Of a stretch of DNA of 64,000 bases, positions 1 through 13,275 are shown one piece after another. Below the pieces are notes generated by a model, which worked only from the letters and a program-made list of their open reading frames with translations, had not been told where the DNA came from and did no database searches. This DNA comes from Negaprion brevirostris (lineage: Eukaryota): contig JARDVH010000097.1 of NCBI GenBank assembly GCA_030324005.1, positions 61,369,278-61,433,277 of the forward strand, in the 5' to 3' direction. Position numbers and translations under genes: made by a program. Numbering within the stretch: position 1 is the stretch's first letter; each line of letters begins with the position of its first letter.

Positions 1-3000
1 ATATATTTGAATACTTCATTTGTGGCATTAAAATCTACTATAATAAAAAAGAAAAACTTTTGGAATTGCATTTTCTTAAATATGTTACATTAATATATAT
101 AAATCATAGTTTGATGGCTTCATACTTAAATTTTCATTACATTAATAAAATAATGAGGGATTTAAAGTGGATGAATGGAGTATATTCTGCACTTTCCCTG
201 AGCCCTGCTGTTTATACTGATTTTAACTTGTTCTGCCCCATTATTTTGTCCTGATAATGCTCAGATTAGAGCAAAATTTTCATCAGAAAAAACAGCANNN
301 NNNNNNNNNNNNNNNNNNNNNNNNNNNNNNNNNNNNNNNNNNNNNNNNNNNNNNNNNNNNNNNNNNNNNNNNNNNNNNNNNNNNNNNNNNNNNNNNNATA
401 GATTTTGGCATTGTTTTGCTGCAAATTGAATTAAGGACATTTTGGACTAAATTGTGGACATAGCCATACAATCACATAGCTGAAAACATAGATATCCAGA
501 CACAATTACATACACACACTGCATGCTTCATTGTTGATGATATATGTTTTGGTGCAGACTTCCTCCAATGTTCAAAAGGTAAACACTTTTATGTCACAGC
601 CATGCTTCCATGCACGATATACTCCAAAATTGGAAATACCACACAGAAACACAGGTAGAAAGACATGCACAAATATTTAAGTCATGCACAGACTTATCGC
701 ACAAATAATTAAGAAACCTCTCCCTCACTTGTACACACACTTCAATCACACTCACAATACTAACTGATATCACATAGGTAAAAGAGAGAAACATAACTAT
801 TCTCATAGAATATGTGCCAAAAACATTAATGTACAAGAAACATAATTATGCAGAAACACTAACAGTCAACGTTCTAGCCACATTGCTAAACTCTGGTTGA
901 CACAAACATCCACATCAGAAATACCACATATCATTTATTTTCTTTTTCCCCTGGCCTATTCTATCTCTGTTCCTCTGAAATGTTAATTGGGTTTCCATGT
1001 TCAAATGTGTCCAGATATCTGTCAGCTTGGGATAAATTCCTAAATACAATATGTTTACCGCTAAAATGTTTTCCATGTGTAGATGTGGTTAATTCATCAC
1101 CTTAATTTGCCTAGTGGGATGGCTAGGTGATCCATTTCTTATATTTAGATACTGTTGTTACAATGCAATGTGCGTATCAAAAAAGCTACTTGTTCCCTTT
1201 CTATGTCTGATTTTCTTTGGCTGCTGTGGTCTTCTATATTGATCTATGATTTAGGACTGAGACACGTAATATAAACATTTAAGTTTTCTAGTAAGAAAAA
1301 TATAAACACCTAAAGCTATAAATTAGTTGAAGGTTGAATGGTGGCAACTCCAGGCAGTGAAGTTCACGTACCAATACCTAATCTGCCATTTTTAACACAC
1401 AGGCATTAACTCATTCAATATAAACTGATTGAGGCATGTGTAAAAACAGAAAACAGCAATGTCAGCAATTTTTGTTTGTCTGATATTTGCCTATGTAAGT
1501 TTCTACCCATGAAAAACATTTGAAGAGTATTCCCAGCTCACAATATATTGAGTGTGTGGAATTTAGGTGTTATATGTGTAAATACTTTGCTGTGTGGAGG
1601 TGCTGCCTGAGTGTCTGTATATAAGGCAAATCATGTTTAAGTTTTGGAGGAGACAGTGTTATGCTGAGAGTGTTCACATTACTGAAGGAGTATTTGTATA
1701 TATGTGTGTGCCCTTGACTAATAGCACCTGAGCGATAAGAAAAAAAAGAGGAAGATTAAGATTAGGCATGAGAGAAAAATTGTGTGGGCAGCACTTGCTT
1801 ATATGTGACAACTTGCTTCTATGTGGAGTTTTGTGTTGGAAGAAAGAATGTACTTACGTTGGAGTTTTTGTGAGTGCCTGCATTTCATTAAATATTTCTA
1901 TGAGTATGTGTCGTAAGTATGAGTAAAGGTTTCTGTGTGCATACGCTTGCATACATTTGACTGTTTGTGTGTGTGCTTGCGCATAATGACACTTATATAA
2001 GTATGTTCCTGAACATTGGAAGTAATTGAAAGTATTAAAAAATGAGAAAATATTTTTCATTTGTCTATGTATGTCTCCTTTAGAATAGATGTGAGAATGT
2101 TTCTTGCTGTAATAGAGGATTTGTGGAAGAATTTGGTTGACTGTACATGAGTGTGTTTCTCCATATCGGTGTTATGTGTGAAAGAAAGAGCAATGTTATG
2201 TAGGACAGTGCTGCTTGTGATTGTGACTTTGGGTTTGTGCATGTGTGTTTCTATATGTGGGAATGTTTCTCTATCCTAGCATGTTTAATAATAGGTATAT
2301 TATTTTAGTAAGGATTCTGAGTAACCAGCATTCTCAATATCTGAGAATATTCCTATGGATCTTCATTAAGCGTGAATGGGGCTTTCTCTGTGTAGTTTGT
2401 GTAGAATATTTTCAGATTCAAATGCATGTTGCAAAGTGCTTATAAACCTTGAAGTAAAATATTCTCATATGTGTGCGTAGTTTTCTTGTTGCCTTCTTCT
2501 AGTGGCAAGACAGATAAAATCATTTTACAAATCTGGTCATAGGATAAGGAATTTGGATTTAATAATTGCAGAGAAATGGTTTATTGGTGCTAATCTATCA
2601 GAATACAGCTAAAAGAATACAGGTACAAAGCAGTTTAGGTGTAGGTCAAGGTCCTATATGTGTGAGGGTTGGTTATGAGTATTGCCATTAGTTTGAAGCA
2701 TGAATGTTTCTATGTCTACACATATGAGGGAGTCACTGCATCTCTAAGAGTGTTCCATGTGGGGGTTATTCAGGTGAAACTGTTTAGAGGGTAAATGTAC
2801 AGTGCACAAGTATTTCTGCATATGTGTGTGCTCCTATATGAACATTTTAGAAATGTATATGTATGAATGTGATATATAAAGGTATAGAAATGTATATGTA
2901 TGTATCTGTACTTGCATTTTTGCTTCTGCAGGAGACTGTATGTACTTTTCTGTGCATGTGTTTGTGTGCACTAAAACTGTTTTTGTGTTAAAATGTTCTT

Positions 3001-3984
3001 TCCGTTTGTATGTGTCTGACTGTGTACCTATTTTGGTTTATAAAGATTTGGATGCAGAAGAGCAGTCTGCCTTTGTCTCAAAATGTTTGTATTTATAAAC
3101 AATTTTGTCACTTCAGTATCTATTTCTTTAGAGTCTGTGTGTATATTTCAAGGTTTCGTGCTGTTAAGGGAAAACACATTTACAATACATATTAAATCTT
3201 TTAAGAGGTATTTATTTTGAAGATGGAATTTCCTGTCTGTAATAGTAATTGTGTACTGAATGGGCATGTACAATTTAGGGTATCATGTATGTGTGAAAGA
3301 GTAACCCTGATTACTTATCAATGAATGTTAAAACATGCAAGTGTGTTGGGGGAGGGAGGTGGGGGGCAGATTGGCGTCAGTGTTTATATATGAATGGATA
3401 GTTGTATAGTTCCTTCAATATTTGGACATTGTTCAAGAATATCTGAGGACACTGTCTTTGGATATGGATCTGTGTGTTTTGGAGAATGTTGTAATAGCTT
3501 GTATAAGAAAATGTCTTTGCATAGACAGTGTTATTACTTCTTGTAAATCTGTATGGGCATTTATCTGTGTTTGTGTATTTATGCTGGAATCTGTAAGTTT
3601 GTTCTCTGGATATTAATATTAGTAGTGCATGCAAATATTTGTCTGTGAGTGCAACAGTTAGGCCTTCTTTGTGTCAGAGTTTGTGTGCATGAACCTGTAT
3701 ACCAGTACCAGCAATGATACGCATACAGTCATGAAAATATGCATGTGACTACTTTCACATTAATTATATAGGTGTATGTGCAGATTGATAGGAAGGGATG
3801 CATTGGTGTACATATAAAGCTGTGGTTATGCATAAAATGTGTTCAAATATTTGTATGTGTCTGTGAATAGATGTTTTTTGATTATTTATCAGGCTGTTGG
3901 GGTTGCAGAGGAAGGTAACGTTTATTGCCAACTCTAGAAACTGTCTTGTTAGCCGACTTCAGAGGAGAGTTAAGAATCACTCAC

Positions 3985-4217
3985 ATTGGTGTGCTGTATC
4001 ATGTGGACCAAAACAGGTGAAGAGAGCAGATTCCCTTCCCTGGAGGATATTCGTGAATCTGCTGAGGCTTTTACAATAGGGTGTCGTGGTCACTTTTACA
4101 CACACCTACTTTTTATTTCCATTTTTTAAATTGAATTCAAATACTCAACATGTACGGTGAGGTTTGAACGCACATTCTTCAGACTATTAGACCAATAATG
4201 TTACAACTACAGTACTG
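3985..4217 (-). mobile_element. Degenerate tRNA-derived SINE, same family as 32161-32460
   Basis: gcagattcccttccctggaggatattcgtgaatctgctgaggcttttacaat is a diverged reverse complement of aaaaacctatctggttcaccaatgtcctttagggaaggaaatctgcc at about 32305-32352. Confidence 0.6.
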
Positions 4218-4904
4218 AACTATTTCTATGTCTGAATGTGTGTACATATAAAATCAGGCATTAAATTGATGCAATAATATCAATGAAAAAGGTCTGCAAA
4301 GGGAGAGTGTTTTAAAGTTGAAGTAATCTCTAAAATCTAAATATTGCTCTGCTGTCATCTTAACATTTCCCACACTCATGTCCTATTTCCCCTGTTTGCC
4401 TCGAGTACCCAACCTCCCTATTCACTCTCCATTGTATCCTGCATTGTGACGTTTCTTGTCTTCATGCACATTTTTGGCATTTCTGTGGTCAGTGTGGCTC
4501 TGAACTTTTCTCTCTTCCTTCTATCCTAAATATTTTACCGTGCACACATCGCTTCAGTGTCGAAGTCAAAGTAGTAATTTCACGATTCACCACGCCAGAG
4601 TACTGGATCAAGCAATTACTTCTCAAAACTCAGCAGACCGTGCCCTCCTCTACTTCATTCTTCCCAGGACCTCAAAACTCGGAGGATTCTTAGCTCCATC
4701 AGACTTTTCTTCCTACCACAGGCGTGAAACTTCTAAACCTTACTGTCAACTAATCTCGACCTCATTATTTACCTCATAATCTGTTTCATTCTTGCTAGGG
4801 TCCTGCACCAGAGTCCTTGGCCTTGTATATCCAAAAGGATATGTGATTATTAAAAGCAGATTAAAAAGAGCCTTATTTCCAAAATATCTACTATTGGACT
4901 CGCT

Positions 4905-5000
4905 GACTTAAAACGTTCACCCTACCTTTCTCTCCCCACAGATGCTGTCTGATCTGCTGAGCATATCCAGTATTATCATTTTTTTGTTTCAAATTTTCGT
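4905..5000 (+). mobile_element. Solo terminal fragment related to the Penelope-like element end
   Basis: tttctctccccacagatgctgtctgatctgctgagcatatccagtatt resembles cctgctgagcatttccagcaatatctgttc at 47011-47040. Confidence 0.55.
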
Positions 5001-7994
5001 TTTATGTCTTTTTTTTAAATTACGTATACGAGTTCAATTGTGGTTCAAGGTTCTGGTGTCACACAAGCTGTGTGTGCGTGCTCCTATGTCTCCTCTTTCC
5101 GGGTAAGCTATTCAAACATGAGGCACCTTTATGTGTTCGCGCTTTTGAAGTCTAGGTATGCCATTTAACTATTTATTTCAGCTCCATTCTAGTTTCTTAC
5201 AGAAACTGGCCACCCATTTCGATGATGTGTTGGTTCATTTAAAATTCCATATATGCTCACCCAACATTTCCCCGAGAGAAGCTGTGAAGAAGTGAATCTC
5301 TCTGTTATTGCAAACTCTCGGCGTGTCATCTGTTCGAGGTGCATGGGTGGTTTAATATTTGGCCAACTCTCAAGCCTATTTTGTGTAGTTTTTTTTGTAG
5401 ATTTTAGGTCAATAATATGTTGCAATGCACTCAGGATGTTCGGACCTTCGTTATATGGATTTGAGTTTTCATATTATTTGAGTGCTTATCTCTTTCTGAA
5501 TCACACTGATTACAACACATTGCATTTTCCCCGTCCCCCCAGGTTCTTGCCCGTGTCTTTGCTGACAGGCTACACTCTTCTGACTCTGTGGCCCATATTC
5601 GGCAGCTGCAGCTGTCAAGCCTTTCCCCTGGTCCGTGCTTGAAGTCATTGGATGCTGGGGTTGCCCTATTTCGAATATGGACTGTACCCCCATGTACTTA
5701 TGGTTTGGCGTGGTTGCAGTGAAGTTCGGGTGAGGTCCAAGACTTGAGATAATGTAGGTTTTAGTGTTTATCTTAACAGAACAGGTTACTTTGGCTTTCC
5801 CTTTCTCGGCAATCCAATTTTATTAGGATTTACAATCATTTGTGCGCGGGAATCCCTCGGGAAATAATGCTTTGATTAATGTAATCCTAGGCAGGGATAC
5901 GCCACATGCCCGGCTCCCAGGGGATGAGCCCTGTTTGACAAACAAAAACAGTACAGCCACGCCGAGTGCAACTATTACAATCCGCACCCCACTCCCGGAG
6001 ACGCACTGGAACATGTGAACAATGAGCAGAAGTACAAGGGCAGCCACCGAGGCTGCAGCTGACTGCGGGGGTACAGAACCGCAAGCCCACATTTAACCGG
6101 TCAATTCACAGAAAAACTGCAACAAAAAGATCCACCGGCTTAATACATGTTCCAAATCCCTCACCGGCTGCGTTTGAAAAGAAAGGGGGCACATTTGAAT
6201 TTTTGGGCTAATATCACCCGTCAAAGAACCTTGCAACCGCTGTATTTAAAATAAGAACCCTTGTATTTATACAAGAATAATGTGCAGCAGTCACATGGCG
6301 GGTAATATGCACGTCCCAATATCAAATCAATGTGAAGGTTTCAATAAGAAGCAAATACAATTCATTCGGCAGGTGTTCCAAATCCCGTCACCAGCAAGTG
6401 AACCAGAAACCGCGTGTAAAATACCAAAAACAACGCATAGTTATTCAGTTCCAACTACTGCACGCCGTCATTGGCACCACACAGGCTAATGTAATAATTC
6501 AAGCTATGTCAAAATGCACAGGACCGCTGGGAGACATAATACGAATGGGTGACATACACATCCTGATCTTGAAACAATTGAAATATGTCCCCGGATAGAT
6601 GTTATCTGGATTCAGCTATCATCCAATGTAAACTCTAATACAAAACCAATATAAATACAGCCAAGAAACTGGAATGAGTGATAAGCATATTCTAACATGA
6701 AACCAGGACACAACAAAGCACCCAGAGCAGTCACGCTGCCATCTACAACCAGAACCCCATTCTTCAAAATAACATTCACGCTGTCCATGACATAAACCAT
6801 CTTTTGCCAGCCGGATTTATTCCCTTTAATATATGCTAAGCGCTCACTGCTCCATGCAAGAAAACACGGTCATATCGAAAACAGCAGCAATCCAAATTAA
6901 CATCGAACATGCTAAGATCCGTGTCTGTGTCGACCAGTTGCGGCCCTGGTCATTTATTATTTAACACCAAAACAATCTTCCATAAAGACTTCGCGGCTAC
7001 ACGGTTCATGTTCGCCTTTCCCTTGTTTAAGAGTGGGGAGTTGGGGGGTGGGAAGGGAGNNNNNNNNNNNNNNNNNNNNNNNNNNNNNNNNNNNNNNNNN
7101 NNNNNNNNNNNNNNNNNNNNNNNNNNNNNNNNNNNNNNNNNNNNNNNNNNNNNNNNNNNTGGGGGGGGGGGGGGGGAGAGGTTCACGTTAAGCAATGGGA
7201 TGGATATCCGTGTACCCCTTCGGCAGAGAGGGATTTGCTGCACACGTCTCAGTCTAACAATTCATAAAATCTAATGTACTGAAATGCAGTAAACATCTGG
7301 GATATCACCAACAGTACGGGTTATCCCGCATGAAGGATCAGTCTGCATGTTCACTATTTTATTTTTTAACAATTCTGTGAGTAAATTTTATCTTTAAAAA
7401 CATTAAAACATAGCATCACACAATAAGATGTTGATTCAGTTTAAAAAGCTTCCAGCTCATTGCCTGATTCGACCATTGCATACATCCATCGAAAAAGATT
7501 CACTCCAAAACTTTTCACAAAGCTGTGTACGAGAGTTTTATTACCTTACTCAAATGTTCCCCCTGAAACTTACCCCTAACCTGAAACGTGTTAGATGTGA
7601 AAGACGCGAAGGACGTCTTCAATGTTCAAATCCTTCACATTTTCAGACTGTGCAAGTATAAAGTAGAATTGTTGATAGTCAATGTAACGCGGGATTTAGA
7701 TTCAATACACGGTTTGGTGAATCAACAAGTACATTTGTGTGGCGACATTTCTTAGCAAGTCCCGAAAAGAGCGGAAATGGTTTACGTACTGATGTTTCAA
7801 TACTTACTTTCCCAAAATGCATGTTTGGAGTGAGCTCCTGTGGTCCAGTGGTCACATTTTCCCCCGGTCACTGGCATTCAATCAAAGCTACGGAAAGTTA
7901 CAGTTCAAAAGAAAGTTTGTCATAATTTGTACTTGCTGCAATTTACCCTCATAGTGATATTTAACCCATAAATCTTAAAATGTTCATTCGTAAA

Positions 7995-8106
7995 TGCAAT
8001 ATGTATCCATGCATATAATATATTGCAATATATATCCATGTATATAATACATTGCAATATATATCCATGTGTATAATACATTGCAAGATATACCCACGTA
8101 TATAAC
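7995..8106. repeat. 29-bp minisatellite, about 4 copies
   Basis: Unit tgcaatatatatccatgtatataatacat, with copies starting at 7995, 8024, 8053 and 8082 (exact 29-bp period). Confidence 0.92.
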
Positions 8107-10281
8107 GGACTCCCAGAGAAAGTACCAACATTTCACACACACTGAACGAGAGTATAAATATGTTTTTGCAAGACGGTTAGGTTGTATCAAAATGGTCATC
8201 CGATAATCATACAAAAACTGCAGCAGTAAATGTAACACGGATCTGCACCTTAAAGCAATACACAGCAACAACCTTGAAACTTGTTTTTAAACAAACGATG
8301 CGTTCTATAACAAACATAAGGGCGCGCTTTTGCTTTGTGATATCTTATTCCGCTAAGTCTAGAGTCGTGCAAACATGTTGCAGGAGCTGAATTCTTCCCT
8401 AACTTTTCCTCCGCCAAAAAGTAATTAGCGATGGTAAACCACCAAATCATCCCATTGTCGGGAACACCCGTAAGGTCAGACTGTTGGAGGGGTAACGACT
8501 TAAAATGGGAACAGTGGCAAAGATAAAACGGTCCGGAAACAATAGGAACTATACCATTTGGAGTATATTTTTCGACTTCAATAGTTAATGAAACACAGCC
8601 AAATGTACTCCTATAAACGGTTTAGCCATACTTTGGGACACCGCTCGGTTCTCTGATCTCATCACTCGGAGTTGTGTTAGACGCATATTTAAAATCTAAG
8701 GTGCAAAACTCGTTGCCTCGCATGAAATGGGGCAAACCTTTACAGACAAGAGGAAAATCTTTAACTTCTCTTTGAAAGAAAATCTACAGCAGACGGACTG
8801 GGTCGTTGCAGAGACATGCACCGTCACAGAGTGGGCAATGGGGACAGTTGGCGCAAATAACGAACATCCCCAGAAAAGATACCTAATCTTAGAGGGGCCG
8901 AATCTCGTCTCTTCCCACGGCAACAGGCCTTTAAATAGTTACTACCGCAAGGTGCTCTTCGTCATTTTCCTCGCGAATACCACACTTCACAAGTCCTTTC
9001 CCCTCTTCCAATTCCTCGTGTTTATATCAGTGTTTTGATATGAAAATTTAATTCAGTAGGGGTCACATGCTCAGCCAATCTTTACCAATCTCAGACTCGT
9101 CTAAGTCTACAGGTTTAAGAACACTTCGCCCGGTTTTCATCTCTCAAAAAGGAGTTGCTTGCCAAGAGCTCGCTTCTCCAGTCGAAATTAAAGTTTTAAA
9201 TGGGATTTGTCACAAAACCATCACTATACTCAGTTATCCACGCTGCGATTGAGCATGAGAAAGTCCACTTCAACGTGCAACTTCACTCAGTGTGGACGCT
9301 CTGCCTTTCTTTAATATTCAAGCCAAGTGTTACAAAGTTAATTGGAAACTCTTTACAATCGGCTGGGGGTGAATTGCGATCGTGTAGGAAAAAAAAATAA
9401 GCTGGTACTTTCCTTCCACCTTAAAACTTTAGACTAGAAGGCAAAACCGAGCTAGGTAATGAGTAACAGCATTGATGAAAATACATATGTATCAAACTCT
9501 CACAACAACAACAAAAACTATTGCTTACAGTTCAAGTCGGGGGCAGGCTATTGCATGGAAGTGCCCCATTGAGGGGCTAGAAATTTCTCACTGGTCGCTA
9601 TTTCTCCCGCCTGTGTTTTTTTTTGGCTTTGGCATCTCTGTAATTTCAAATAGAAATCTTGCCCTCCCCACATATTTTCAATACAGGCTACATTAAATAT
9701 TTTACTCATTTTTTAATATCATGGATCTGAAAATATTTATTTCTAAGGATCGCTGAAATTTCCTAGAGAAGTTGACAGATACGCTTTATAATTAAAATTG
9801 GAGATCAGGAATCACGCCCATTGCACTCCCTTTTGCATACATGGTTACTATTTTGACTTTTTTTAAGGCGTCACATTTCTCTGTTTTTGTATAAACTAAT
9901 TCTGTGGCTTCTTCTTTTCTCTTCCCCCTCCATGACTGAACTCCGTTATTTCTCTTGCGCTATGCTCTGTCTTTTCACGCACGGCAGTGCTCCCTACCGC
10001 CCACAGCGTGCAAGAGCAGCATCTACCAAGCGCCGCATTTGCATTATGCGCTCCAGACTCCGCAACTTACAAAATTAACGGCACCCGGGGGGGAATAAAC
10101 TATATGTTTTAAAATGTCAGAATTGGGAATGGAAGACGGCTACCTTTATTGACTATATAGAGAGCTCTATACACTGACTTGGGGTCCCGAGCGTCCTTCC
10201 CGGCTGAAATGGAGTCCTTTATCTAAAGCCGAGTGCACAAACATATAGGTTAATGTGACCACTATTCTTTCCTTTTATTTG

Positions 10282-10296
10282 GTTCTCTATGGCAAC
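10282..10296. promoter_or_regulatory. RFX X-box motif
   Basis: GTTCTC-TAT-GGCAAC fits the X-box consensus GTYNCY-N(0-3)-RGYAAC. Motif match only. Confidence 0.5.
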
Positions 10297-12805
10297 GAAA
10301 ATGCTGTGCGCAGAAATGCACCCCGTCAAGAAAACAAATGATCTTCGGGGAGCAGCTCTACATGGCATCTGTTCCAAAGGGGCACAGAGGGAAGTATGGA
10401 AGAAGGTAAGAGTGAAAATGTATGTGTGTGAGAGAGAGCGAGAGTGTGTGTGGAGGGGTGAAATAGAAAGGACTCTTGATGTGTTTGACAGAGAAAGGAT
10501 TTACGTGCATGTGTGAAAGAGAGAAAAAAAATAAAGACTGTAAGTGCGACGCAATAATGTTAGAAAAATACTCATTTAAAANNNNNNNTTTTTTGTGACT
10601 GCAAATTCCTTCGATCTGAATACTTTGAGCTACCTTTGTCATTATATAGTGAAAACAGTGAAAAAAGACACTTAAATAAAGACTGTTATAGCAGTCTCGC
10701 TACGCAAACACTTATGTTGTAAAGAAATCAATATTTATAAAAAAATTCAATCGCGCCGTGAAAATGGACATAAAATACCTTTTTTCAAAGCTGAAAACGG
10801 GCGTAAAATTCTGTATCGTTATATCTTTTAATGATACACACTACACGTGTCTGAGCGCGTATACATACAAATGTGTGTGTGTGTGTGAGTTTGTGTATTT
10901 AAGTAAGCTTGACATTCAAATTAATTCCACTCGTCACTACGCGAATCTTTTTTTGGAATCAATAATGCGAAGTGCCTGGATTTAAAGACGGGAGCTGCAG
11001 AAGAGGACAACACAGTATGAAATGTCAGATTTGGAAAAATTTCTTTGTAACACTTGACCTTGACAATCCAAGTGCTTCCGGTGTGCACCGAGTTTTACCT
11101 TTCTGTAGTCGATGGAAAGGAAAGTTGCCGAAGATGCTTTTAAATATGGGGAGATGGCGGCCCTATGAGTTTAATGCCTGACGCTCGCACCACCCACCTC
11201 TCCGGAGACCTCAGCCAAGTTCTCGTTAGTTCCTGATTGATCGGAATACCAGGGGCTCGGTTTATAGTGCCTGTGCTCTCGGTGCACGGAGTGCTCCGGT
11301 CTGCACGTCGGTTTCTGAGAGATCATTTGCAATGCTTTCGCGACCTGATTAATGCGAGAATCTCCTATTAATTGGGACCCTGCCGAGTGTTCTCGACTTA
11401 ACGCGTTTCCCTCCACGGTGATAGTGAGGCAGATCAAAAATTTAGCACACACAAATAAAAACGAGCCCAACGTCCTCCGATCCTCAAATGCCCCAAAATC
11501 TAAAATCCAAATGAACCTATTAATAAAGCCTTTTGAGATAGGATACCAGACTTACCAATGGGATGTTCGCTGTTCAAACCGTAAACAGTGTTGAAAAGTT
11601 TCGCATATTCGGAAGGTTTGCTTTGCTTTTTACCTTCGCTCCGAATGGATCCGCGCTAAGATGTGCCCTTGTACTGCCTCTACTGAGCCCGGCTCTCACT
11701 AGTCTATTATTTTCACCAAAATATATGAAAATTTATGCAAATGTAAATCAGTACAAATTGCTCTCTGATGTTTTACTTTTTTTTCTTGGTGGGGAAACAA
11801 GCTTTAGAGGATCTTTATTTTTTAAAAAAAAACAAGATATATTTTAGGTATTTTCCATCAGAACCATTCACTTTTAAGCTTTTAATGGGTAGAAATGTGG
11901 TCCTTTTAGGCGGCGCATTCCTGTTCCATTAGCCCACCTGAAACGCCTTTAAATGCGTGCACTGTAAAATTCGTAGCAGTAATTTAGACAAAATCCTCAC
12001 TGTATATTAATGAAAGAGGGCCCCATGGCACCGCTTCTATATTCCCTATTCAGTGTAAACAAAACCACGAGACTTGGTTTGAGAGTGGTCCAAGGAAAAT
12101 CTGCTGGAGAGGAAACATGCTGTTGCGGCTCTGGCACAGACTATTCAGCGTCTGCACCTGGAGATCAGAGATTTAAATAAGATCTGTGTTACATCTCTGA
12201 ACTCCTTGGCAGTCGCGGGAAAGCAATAAATTCTTACGGCTGGAGGGTCCATTCAGCCTTAAGACTCCAGAACAGCTCCACATATAAAACGGGTCTGCTA
12301 ATCGCCAAGAAATAGGTATTTTTTTAAGTATATAGAAATCAAGCGTATGTAAACGTGCAATATCCCTTAAATTTCGAACCTCACACTGAAGTCTAAAGCT
12401 GTGCATTAGAGGGGAAGGCGGGGGGGGTGGTTATTTTTTGTGCAGGGCTCAATGAATCGCTCAGGCAGGAAACTGGCGCATTGGAAGTTTACGTTTCCAA
12501 CGCAAACTGAGTCGGTCGCATTTCTTACTCTCTCAGACCAGACCAACTCAACTTGCCCGTTTGCAAATTGAACCGAAAAGTTTATTCATTCTGTTTAAGG
12601 GATGGTCAACTTTGGGAGGGAGAAAAAAAAGAATCTAGGTATTATCTTGCTTCAGCAAGCGCTGGCTGTTGTGGCAGCTTTTCTGCTTGGTCGCATCTCT
12701 TNNNNNNNNNNNNNNNNNNNNNNNNNNNNNNNNNNNNNNNNNNNNNNNNNNNNNNNNNNNNNNNNNNNNNNNNNNNNNNNNNNNNNNNNNNNNNNNNNNN
12801 NNNNN

Positions 12806-13000
12806 AGCCAATCGGAACCGCCGGAAGGAAGCCTCTCGCCTGAGTGTCGCGGTGGGAAGGTGTCAATCACCCAGCGGGTAGCCAATCAGCGGGAGCCTCT
12901 GGCTGAACTTCCTCCTCTTTTTTTTGTGTGTGGCGAGCGAGCGAGCGCGGGGGGAGAGCGCGGCGAGGCGGCCGAGGTAAACACTGGCTATGTGAGGAGG
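12806..13000 (+). promoter_or_regulatory. Candidate POU3F3 proximal promoter (CpG-rich, two CCAAT boxes, TALE-type and forkhead motifs)
   Basis: AGCCAATCG (CCAAT 12808-12812), AGCCAATCAG (CCAAT 12882-12886), TGTCAATCA 12861-12869 (reverse complement TGATTGACA, PBX-MEIS/PREP-type) and GTAAACA 12977-12983. GC/CpG-rich and about 300-470 bp upstream of the ATG. The TSS itself is not visible. Confidence 0.65.
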
Positions 13001-13033
13001 GAGCTGTCAAATCGCAGCTCTCCCAAGTCCCAC

Positions 13034-13262
13034 CAGCAGCAAGCAAGCAAAGCAAAAGCAAAAGCAAAAGCAGCAGCAATCCCACACACAACAACAAAAA
13101 CTCTCAACAACAACAACAAAAAGCAGTGCAAAAAAAACCAAAAAGAGGAACTTTAAAAAAAAAACAAAAAAAACAACTCACTTTTTTTTGTTATTTGTTA
13201 TTTGTCTCTGGCAATCAAAACAACAGCAACTACAACAAAAAAAAGACAAGAGAGAAAGAGAG
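13034..13262 (+). repeat. A-rich low-complexity 5' leader, (GCAAAA)n and (CAA)n tracts
   Basis: Direct reading: cagcagcaagcaagcaaagcaaaagcaaaagcaaaagc, caacaacaacaac and poly-A runs just upstream of the POU3F3 ATG. Confidence 0.8.
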
Positions 13263-13275
13263 AGGGGGAAAAGCC

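Noticed and set aside
5253-6092. Short ORFs of 67-129 aa upstream of POU3F3
   Set aside because: No domain similarity, codon bias or exon structure. Consistent with random ORFs in non-coding DNA.
7995-8106. CRISPR-like array
   Set aside because: The units are directly adjacent with no unique spacers, there are no cas genes, and the context is vertebrate.
12928-13275. 116-codon in-frame non-AUG N-terminal extension of POU3F3
   Set aside because: The frame stays open mainly because the leader is A/C-rich and T-poor. The peptide is low-complexity (Lys/Gln/Ser), and ATG 13276 has a strong Kozak context and matches the known N-terminus.
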